NCBI GenBank assembly: GCA_965226495.1
Contig: OZ245365.1
Location: forward strand, 5,856,001 to 5,920,000
Source: Candidatus Marinacidobacterales bacterium
GTDB taxonomy: Bacteria > Acidobacteriota > Vicinamibacteria > Marinacidobacterales > DATDRI01
Direction: 5' to 3'
Length of the DNA stretch: 64,000 nt
The notes below the pieces were generated by a model that was not told the DNA's origin, searched no databases, and worked only from the letters and a program-made list of their open reading frames with translations. Every line of letters begins with the position of its first letter. The stretch's first letter is position 1. This document shows, in pieces, positions 10,109-17,077 of this stretch. Position numbers and translations under genes: made by a program.

Positions 10109-10134
10109 CCGGGCTTCCGGGGCCCTCACGATAC

Positions 10135-10189
10135 CCACAGCATTTCGTGGACCCACGGAATGTTGTGGTTTTTGGGCCACCTTTTGTGG
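10135..10189. promoter_or_regulatory. CCAC-N8-GTGG palindrome pair plus a third CCAC-N5-GTGG: candidate activator UAS and/or intrinsic terminator
   Basis: Boxes at 10135-10150, 10153-10168 and 10177-10189. The first two pair fully with each other (G-U allowed) and are followed by TTTTT; they lie ~80-130 bp upstream of a sigma54 site. Confidence 0.55.
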
Positions 10190-10265
10190 CTCGGTGATCC
10201 GCGCTCACGCGCCATAATGTGATGAAAAGAGTGAGTTTAGAGGAGGGTAACTCGTGAACCGAGAA

Positions 10266-10281
10266 TTGGCAGAGATCGTGC
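10266..10281 (+). promoter_or_regulatory. Sigma54 -24/-12 promoter (TTGGCAGAGATCGTGC)
   Basis: GG(10268-69)-N10-GC(10280-81), close to TGGCAC-N5-TTGC, directly downstream of a sigma54 activator gene. Confidence 0.72.
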
Positions 10282-10343
10282 CCATAGGACGAGCGGGTCG
10301 GCGGTCGAAACGTCGGCCGCGAGCGAGGGGGCAAAGCAAGTCG

Positions 10344-10664
10344 ATGTGGGCATTGAGGCTAATGGTGAGGGTTCCACCGAACAAACGCCAGGAGTTGACG
10401 CAGGCACTTAGTTCCTTCATCGCCGAGAGGGAGGAGCGGCCGTTCCGCCGTTTCATCATGCAGGACGTGAGCGACGAGAACCTGATTTGCTGGATAGGCG
10501 ATTGGCGAAGTCAGGAATCACTCGAGCGTTTCTTGAGCTCGGAGACCTACCGTGCCCTCAAGGGTGCCGGCCAGGTCCTCGGTACACTCGAGGAGGTCCA
10601 GCTGGTGGAGTCTCGGAGCATTCCTTTTTCCAACGGGGGCGGGGAGCGGGAGCATTGTGTATAG
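10344..10664 (+). CDS. ABM (antibiotic biosynthesis monooxygenase)-fold small protein
   Basis: Pattern V.P.KRQEL.QAL...QD..D.N......W.SQE.LE.FL.SE.Y typical of dimeric alpha-beta barrel/ABM proteins. ATG 10344 lies downstream of the sigma54 promoter. Confidence 0.7.
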   Translation: MWALRLMVRVPPNKRQELTQALSSFIAEREERPFRRFIMQDVSDENLICWIGDWRSQESLERFLSSETYRALKGAGQVLGTLEEVQLVESRSIPFSNGGGEREHCV

Positions 10665-10709
10665 GAACGCACCGGTCGATGGGTCGGTAGATCACGCACA
10701 GGGAGACAG

Positions 10710-11587
10710 ATGATGCAGGCAAAGTTGTTCGGCTCACTCACCACCACACTCGGATTCGCAACCGCATTCGTGACGTTGACGTTACTCGCCACACCCGCGG
10801 TGGCGCAGGAGGGTAGCACCGCAAAGCCGGCAAAGGAAGACCTGGAGTCCGCCCAGCAAAAGGCCCTCGACTCTACCGCGACGCAGTGGAGCTTCCAGTT
10901 CTCCTACCAGGCGATGCCCGACTACCACCAGGACACTCTGGACAACGGTGAGACGCGGCCTGCTGGCGCGACGGACTACATCCAGGCTCGCATCGTGGCG
11001 CCGGTGCCGCTCAAGAGCCTTACCATTCTCCCCCGGCTGACGTTCCGCCACTACGAGAATGCCAAGGGACAGTTCGGTCTAGGTAACACCGAGCTCTTCG
11101 CGCTCATCATCCCGAATGCGCTCAACTGGGGATCCGGACGAGCCGGCGTCGGTCCGCTCGTCACCTTCCCGGGTAACAAGGACGTGGCGCGGGACGAGTG
11201 GGGCTACGGCTTCGCCGCGGCGGTGGTGAACGGCAGCGGCCCCTGGTTCTATGGGCTGCTCTTTACTCAGTCGTGGCAGTCCATCGACCCCACCGCACTT
11301 CCGCCGGGCAAGTCGGATACCAATCCTCTCGGCATCGCTCCCTTCCTGAACTTCCAGTTCGGGGCGGGTGGTACATCGGAAACGGGGACATGGTCGCTCT
11401 CTACGACTGGGACTCCAACAAGTTCTACCTTCCGGTCGGCGTTCGCTTCGGCAAGGTCATCGTCAAAGAGAAGGGGAGCTGGAATATCTACGGGGAATAC
11501 CAGACGAGCTTGATCTAGAAGAGCTATCCGGGACCCGCGGTCAAGAACTCGTACCGCGTTAACGTCAGCTACACGATGCCTATATAG
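10710..11587 (+). pseudogene. Putative outer-membrane barrel ('neuromedin U'-like/MetA-pathway channel-like), broken by a frameshift (~11361) and an in-frame TAG (11516)
   Basis: Signal peptide; reading continues in another frame (GGWYIGNGD...YLPVGVRFGK) and past TAG as KSYPGPAVKNSYRVNVSYTMPI*. Similar to the ORFs at 13262 and 14113. The lesions may be sequencing errors. Confidence 0.62.
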
Positions 11588-11672
11588 TTACTAGTTTCTC
11601 AGGAGGTAATGCACCATGAACAAGGTCGCCCACGTGTTTTCGTTGCAACTGCTCGATCTGAAAGGAGTTTCC

Positions 11673-13211
11673 ATGAAAAGCAAGCAGTACGTTCTTGGTC
11701 TTACGTTGATGGTTCTCGCGAGTTTCGTTGCGACGCCCGTCTTCGCCCAAGACAAGCCCAACATCCTCGTCATCTGGGGTGACGACATTGGGTGGTCCAA
11801 CATCAGCGCCTACAACGATGGGATGATGGGCTATCGTACGCCGAATATCGACAGCATCGCCGAGCAAGGCATGCGTTTTACCGATGCCTATGGTGAGAAC
11901 AGCTGTACCGCGGGCCGCGCCGCTTTCATCACCGGCCAGAGCCCCTATCGCACGGGGCTTCTCAAAGTAGGCCTTCCCGGTGCCCCCGAGGGCATGAGTG
12001 ACCAGGACCCAACCATCGCTACTCTCCTCAAGGGCCAGGGCTACGTGACCGGCCAATTTGGCAAGAACCACCTGGGGGATCGAGACGAGCACCTCCCCAC
12101 GAACCACGGCTTCGACGAGTTCTTCGGGAACCTTTACCACCTCAACGCGGAAGAGGAGCCTGAGCAACCCGATTATCCGAAGGACCCCGAGTTCAGGAAG
12201 CGTTTCGGTCCCCGAGGCGTGATTCACTCCTACGCCGACGGCCGTATCGAGGACACGGGATCGCTTACCCGCAAGCGAATGGAAACCGTCGATGGGGAAT
12301 TCCTCGACGCCGCGCTCGGCTTCATCGACAAGGCGCAGGCGAACAGCGAGCCGTTTTTCGTCTGGTTCAACTCCACTCGGATGCACATCTGGACGCACCT
12401 GAAACCGGAGTCGGAGGGGGTGACCGGCCAGGGCATCTTTGCGGACGGCATGGTGGAGCACGACGGCCACGTCGGACAGTTGCTCGCCAAGCTCGACGAG
12501 TTGGGCATCTCCAACAACACGATCGTCATGTACTCCACCGACAATGGCGCAGAAGCGATGTCCTGGCCCGATGGAGGCACGTTGCCTTTCAAAGGCGAGA
12601 AGAACACCACCTGGGAGGGCGGCTTCCGCGTGCCCATGATGGTGCGTTGGCCGGGCAAGATCGCCGCGGGCCAAGTCTCCAATGAGATCATTTCGCAGCA
12701 GGATTGGATGCCGACCCTCTTGGCAGCCGCTGGGCAAACGAACGTCAAGCAGGAGCTTCTCGACGGCGCGACCATCAATGGGAAGCAATACAAAGTCCAC
12801 CTCGACGGATACAACTTCCTGCCCTACTTTACCGGTCAAGAGGACAAGGGCCCCCGCGAGGCGTTCTACTACTTCACGGACGACGGGTCGCTATCGGCAT
12901 TTCGCTACAACGATTGGAAGATGAACTTCACCGTCCAACGCGCCCACGGCATCGAGGTTTGGTCGGAGCCCTTCGTCTCATTGCGCGTGCCGTTGGTCCA
13001 GAACCTGCGTATGGACCCCTTCGAACGAGCCGCTGACGAATCTATCCTCTACGAAAAGTGGGGCGCCGATCACATGTGGGTTCTGGTGCCGGCCCAGGCC
13101 TTTGTCCGGGATTTCCTGATGACGTTCCAGCAGTTTCCGCCTCGCCAGAAGCCGGGCAGTTTCTCGCTGGACCGGGTTTTGGAAGAGTTGGCGCAAGGGC
13201 AGCCGAAATAG
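11673..13211 (+). CDS. Exported Cys-type arylsulfatase
   Basis: RBS AAAGGAG, signal peptide, KPNILVIWGDDIG, formylglycine motif SCTAGRAAFITG, GKNHLGD, TDNG, WEGGFRVP. Confidence 0.95.
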   Translation: MKSKQYVLGLTLMVLASFVATPVFAQDKPNILVIWGDDIGWSNISAYNDGMMGYRTPNIDSIAEQGMRFTDAYGENSCTAGRAAFITGQSPYRTGLLKVGLPGAPEGMSDQDPTIATLLKGQGYVTGQFGKNHLGDRDEHLPTNHGFDEFFGNLYHLNAEEEPEQPDYPKDPEFRKRFGPRGVIHSYADGRIEDTGSLTRKRMETVDGEFLDAALGFIDKAQANSEPFFVWFNSTRMHIWTHLKPESEGVTGQGIFADGMVEHDGHVGQLLAKLDELGISNNTIVMYSTDNGAEAMSWPDGGTLPFKGEKNTTWEGGFRVPMMVRWPGKIAAGQVSNEIISQQDWMPTLLAAAGQTNVKQELLDGATINGKQYKVHLDGYNFLPYFTGQEDKGPREAFYYFTDDGSLSAFRYNDWKMNFTVQRAHGIEVWSEPFVSLRVPLVQNLRMDPFERAADESILYEKWGADHMWVLVPAQAFVRDFLMTFQQFPPRQKPGSFSLDRVLEELAQGQPK

Positions 13212-13261
13212 TTACAACGCCGTTGCCACTAGGCACCTCGTTTACCAAGGAGCGAGTCATA

Positions 13262-14098
13262 ATGAAATGCACATGGCAAAAGGCATCGAGGATCGCGCTC
13301 ATTGCGCTCGTACTGTTGGGCGTTGATACCGCTGCCGGGGCGCAAGGAGCCGAGACCGAAGCGCAAGAGTCGAGCTCCAACGGATTTCGTCTCGGCTCAC
13401 AGCGAACGTGGCTGTTTCGTAGCTTCTTGAAGGACGACGGCGACGATGCCGACACCCTCGGTCTCGAGTTCGAGAGCTACTTGAGCCTGGGAAACGTCGA
13501 GATCAAGAACATCAGCTATTTCGAGGTCAACTCCTACCCGCGTGCGATTCCGGGCCAACCGCCAGGTAATCCCATACCTGGTACGGAGGCCGCCAACGGC
13601 ATCAATGATCTTCTCACGGCTTTTTGGTTTTCGAAAAAAAGCCCACACCACGGAAAGCACCATTTTGCGCCCGGCGTGGCGATGCAATTCCCGACCGCAA
13701 CGGATGACACTCTGGGCAGCGGCAAGTGGTCGATCGGTCCCAGCTTCGACTACGAATATGAGAGCGGGAGGGTCTTCGCGGGCGCCATTGCGCTTCAGAA
13801 CTGGTCGTTCGCAGGAGAGTCGGCGCGCAAAGACGTCAACATGTTGATGATCAAGCCCTTCTTCGTGTACAAGCTCACCGATAAATGGGACCTGCTCTAC
13901 ATGCCTTATGGCGTGTCCGTTTATTGGAACAAGGCCCCGGGTGAGAAGGTGTATCTTCCATTGGGAGGAGGGGCTCAGCGGCACTTCCAGCTCGGCTCGC
14001 TGCAGATGAATCTGGGCCTGCAGCTTTTCAAGAACGTCGTACGGCCCACGAAAGGAACCGTTTACGACCTGCGCGGACTGGTGGAGTTTGTCTTTTGA
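13262..14098 (+). CDS. Putative outer-membrane beta-barrel ('neuromedin U'-like transporter)
   Basis: Signal peptide, PTATDDTLGSGKWSIGP motif, YLPLGGG, amphipathic strands, C-terminal EFVF barrel signature. Confidence 0.75.
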   Translation: MKCTWQKASRIALIALVLLGVDTAAGAQGAETEAQESSSNGFRLGSQRTWLFRSFLKDDGDDADTLGLEFESYLSLGNVEIKNISYFEVNSYPRAIPGQPPGNPIPGTEAANGINDLLTAFWFSKKSPHHGKHHFAPGVAMQFPTATDDTLGSGKWSIGPSFDYEYESGRVFAGAIALQNWSFAGESARKDVNMLMIKPFFVYKLTDKWDLLYMPYGVSVYWNKAPGEKVYLPLGGGAQRHFQLGSLQMNLGLQLFKNVVRPTKGTVYDLRGLVEFVF

Positions 14099-14112
14099 GG
14101 GAAGAAGAGGGC

Positions 14113-14922
14113 ATGCACTCTGCGAGCGTACTCGTATCGACTCTGGGGCTTCTCCTGTTATGGCTTGGCCGCGCATCAGCGGCAGCGGAGGAACCATCTC
14201 GTCCACCAAAGTATTTCTTGTTGCCGATCGAGTTCGATTTCGACCGGGGCGCCGGAAACGGCGACGCCATGATCAGCCGGCTACTCCCGGTCAACTCGAT
14301 CCCTGTCAGCGACAAATGGAGATTGATGAACATTGCCATCGTCACGCTCGCGAATGCACCCGGCGGGGTGCCGGGGCGCCCGGGCAACCCGGACCCAGTT
14401 CCCGGCGACACGGTCTTCGGGCTCTCCGATTTCGCCGACGCGATCCTCATCACTCCGAACAAAGCGAGAGGAGCTTTGTGGGGTGTCGGTGCGTTGCTCG
14501 GCTTCCCCACTGCTACCGACGGCGCGCTCGGGAGCGGTAAGTGGTCGGCGGGGCCGGCGGTGCGCATCGCTCATCAGTCAGGACCCTGGCGTTTTGCACT
14601 GCTCGCCGGGACTCGATGGTCCTTCGCCGGGGACGAAGGGCGTGCGGACATCAGTCAGCTGATGATGCGAGGGCTGGTCAGACGCCGTCTCCCGAACAAC
14701 TGGTTCTTCGTCTACTCCCCCATCATTACCGCAAACTGGAACGCGAGCTCCGGTCAGAAGTGGCTCGTACCGCTCGGTGGTGGTATTGGCAAGCGGTTCC
14801 CGTTCAAGACGACGTCGGTCAACGTTTCTTTTCAAGCGTATGTAAACGCGGTCAAACCGGACGGCGCCCCGGACACCGTATTCCGGATCGCTTTTGTGGT
14901 TCCTTTCGTGTTCCGGGAGTAG
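14113..14922 (+). CDS. Putative outer-membrane beta-barrel ('neuromedin U'-like transporter), paralog
   Basis: Signal peptide, PTATDGALGSGKWSAGP, PIITANWNA, VPLGGGIGK, NAVKPDGAP. Confidence 0.78.
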   Translation: MHSASVLVSTLGLLLLWLGRASAAAEEPSRPPKYFLLPIEFDFDRGAGNGDAMISRLLPVNSIPVSDKWRLMNIAIVTLANAPGGVPGRPGNPDPVPGDTVFGLSDFADAILITPNKARGALWGVGALLGFPTATDGALGSGKWSAGPAVRIAHQSGPWRFALLAGTRWSFAGDEGRADISQLMMRGLVRRRLPNNWFFVYSPIITANWNASSGQKWLVPLGGGIGKRFPFKTTSVNVSFQAYVNAVKPDGAPDTVFRIAFVVPFVFRE

Positions 14923-14959
14923 CTAGGTCGAACTTTGTACCTAGGCGAGGTATGGCGAA

Positions 14960-15388
14960 TTGAGTGAGTCTTTTTGTGCCTTGAGATTGATGGTGCGAGT
15001 ACGGTCTAACAAACGTCAGGAGCTGATCCAGGCCCTCAGTTCCTTCGTTGCGGAACAGACCGTGAAGCCGGTTCGCCGATTGATCTTGCAAGATCTGAGC
15101 GACGATGGCCTCATTTGCTGGATGGGAGATTGGCACAGTCGAGAAGCACTGAACCGATTCTTGCGCTCTCAGACCTACCACGCTATCAAAGGGGCTGCCC
15201 AGGTGTTGGGTCAGTTCGAAGAGGTACGGTTCATCGAGTGTCCTTCGGAAAGCGGGTTTGACCGGCTGGCCCGCGCTCGTGAACCTCCGCGCCGATTCGT
15301 ACGAGCAGGCCATGTTCGAGGGGGACATGAGGTTACCTGCGTTGGTATGCCGACAACATGTGGATCTTCGTTCCCGTACAGGGGTTGA
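14960..15388 (+). CDS. Second ABM-fold protein, paralog of 10344; possibly degenerate
   Basis: About 65% identical by hand alignment over ~90 aa to the 10344 protein. Its tail runs into sulfatase relic DNA, and the RBS-linked ATG at 14952 is out of frame. Confidence 0.6.
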   Translation: MSESFCALRLMVRVRSNKRQELIQALSSFVAEQTVKPVRRLILQDLSDDGLICWMGDWHSREALNRFLRSQTYHAIKGAAQVLGQFEEVRFIECPSESGFDRLARAREPPRRFVRAGHVRGGHEVTCVGMPTTCGSSFPYRG

Positions 15389-15537
15389 TCAAGGAGTTCC
15401 TAGTGACGATCCCGGACTATCCCTTCCAGGAGGGTAGCAGCCTGAACGCCGCGGGGATCAATTACCAGACCCTCAAGGCGATGGATGCACTCAAGCGGCT
15501 TAAGGAGTTGGAGACCATCGCGAGGCCGAACAACTGA
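15267..15537 (+). pseudogene. C-terminal relic of an arylsulfatase
   Basis: Reads WPALVNLRADSYEQAMFEGDM/GYLRWYADNMWIFVPVQGLIKEFL...NN* (one frameshift), aligning with LVQNLRMDPFE...YEKWGADHMWVLVPAQ of the intact sulfatase. Confidence 0.75.
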
Positions 15538-15547
15538 TCTGGGAGAT

Positions 15548-15622
15548 ATGAGAAGCCATGGAAGCTTCAGTGTGGACAAGATCATCCAGCAGCTGGAAGC
15601 CACACGCGCCGGTAGCAAGTAG
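15548..15622 (+). pseudogene. Collapsed arylsulfatase (start codon fused to the last ~20 codons)
   Basis: RBS GGGAGA + MRSHGSFSVDKIIQQLEATRAGSK*, matching GSFSLDRVLEELAQGQPK* of the intact sulfatase. Confidence 0.62.
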
Positions 15623-15677
15623 CGCATCGTCACCCGATAAGGTAGCCGTGAGACTTGCCGAGGGACGCGACGCCTCT

Positions 15678-15710
15678 GCAAGACCGGCCCCCCCATGGGG
15701 CCGGTCTTGC
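15678..15710. terminator. GC-rich hairpin after the sulfatase relics
   Basis: GCAAGACCGGCCCC / GGGGCCGGTCTTGC 14-bp stem; no clear U-tract. Confidence 0.45.
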
Positions 15711-15836
15711 GGTGTAACGAGCGGAGGTTTTGTCGATGCGCTGACCGTGTGGTACGAATAGGGTTTCCGAAGTCGGGTTCTTTTCAATTCGTTGAGAAAA
15801 AATGGACGCGCGCCGACAAGATAAGGACGTAAGCGA

Positions 15837-17066
15837 ATGAAACAAAAAGTTCTTGGAGCCTTGCTCATCCAGCTCCTGCTCGGGGCGGCTTCCGTTGATG
15901 CACAACCCAAGACCCGCGCCGAGGAGATCGATATAGCTCGGCGGGAGAAGATCGCGCGGCTATGGCCCGAACGGGAGTCTCCGATGGTGGATATGGTCAA
16001 CGGGTTCGTGGAGCGGGGCCTCCTGGACGATTCGGAGGGCGCCGGCGCCAACGGTTTTCAAGTAGTTCTGGGCGGGATGCGATCGGGTCAAGGTGCGTCT
16101 TTCGGAATCGGCTATCGTCGCAGCGACATCTGGAACGATCAGCTCGCGTATCGGTTCACCGCTCGCGGTACGCTGCAAAATGCGTGGATGCTCGATGCAG
16201 AGCTCGATTTCCCGAAGCTCAGGAGCGAGCGAGGGTACATCACGCTTTACTCGAAGTTCGAGAGCTCGCCGCAAATGGACTACTACGGTGAGGGTATCAA
16301 CTCCAGCCAGGACGACCGCACCAGCTACTCGTGGGACACTCTCAGTTTCGATGGTAGTGCGGCCTACGAATTGTTCAATAACTTCCGGGTCGGTATTTCC
16401 GGGGGCATCCTGGACGCGGCCACCGGAACCGGGAGGACCAAGCCCTCGACCGAAGAGGTCTTCAATCCTCCCGGCCTCGGTGAAAACACTTGGTACTTGA
16501 ACTTCGCGGGCTTCGTTCTCTACGATTACCGGGACCATCCCGGAGGGCCGAGGAGCGGCGGTTTCTACGCAACACGTTTTCGCAAGTACTCGGATCGCGG
16601 GCTGGACAAGTTCAACTTCTCCCAACCCGAGTTTGAGTTCCAACAGTACATTCCGTACTTCAACAAGACGCGGGTCGTCGCGATCCGGGCCAAAGTGGCC
16701 TTGTCCTATGCAGACGGAGGAGATACCGTTCCCTTCTATGGGCAGCCCAAGCTAGGAGGTAACGACGATCTACGGAGCTTCGCTCGTTATCGGTACTACG
16801 ACGACAATTACCTCATTGTGAACGTCGAGCACCGCTGGTACGCCTTCACCGCACTCGACGTCGCCCTTTTCGCGGACGCCGGCACCGTCGCGCACGAGAG
16901 AAGGGATATCGATTTCAGTGACATGAGGTATAGCGGCGGCATCGGTTTTCGCGTACGGATGCAGAACTCGGTGGTGATGCGCATCGACTTCGCTTACGGA
17001 AACGAAGGGGCGCGCTTCATGTGGACGTTCAGCGACATCTTCAAGATAAGACCCTTCGGGCAGTAG
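15837..17066 (+). CDS. Omp85 (BamA/TamA-family) beta-barrel lacking POTRA domains
   Basis: Signal peptide; LGGNDDLRSFARYRY (loop 6 VRGF-like), FADAG, SGGIGFR, RIDFAYG; only 409 aa. Confidence 0.85.
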   Translation: MKQKVLGALLIQLLLGAASVDAQPKTRAEEIDIARREKIARLWPERESPMVDMVNGFVERGLLDDSEGAGANGFQVVLGGMRSGQGASFGIGYRRSDIWNDQLAYRFTARGTLQNAWMLDAELDFPKLRSERGYITLYSKFESSPQMDYYGEGINSSQDDRTSYSWDTLSFDGSAAYELFNNFRVGISGGILDAATGTGRTKPSTEEVFNPPGLGENTWYLNFAGFVLYDYRDHPGGPRSGGFYATRFRKYSDRGLDKFNFSQPEFEFQQYIPYFNKTRVVAIRAKVALSYADGGDTVPFYGQPKLGGNDDLRSFARYRYYDDNYLIVNVEHRWYAFTALDVALFADAGTVAHERRDIDFSDMRYSGGIGFRVRMQNSVVMRIDFAYGNEGARFMWTFSDIFKIRPFGQ

Positions 17067-17077
17067 GACGATGTTAT

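Noticed and set aside
11516-11518. Pyrrolysine or stop-codon reassignment at the in-frame TAG
   Set aside because: Many genes in the window end at TAG at expected positions, and no pyl genes are seen.
11580-12839. 419-aa ORF on the - strand
   Set aside because: Antisense shadow of the arylsulfatase; no recognisable motifs.
14952-14967. Second sigma54 promoter before the ABM paralog
   Set aside because: TGGCG is present but the -12 position reads GA rather than GC.
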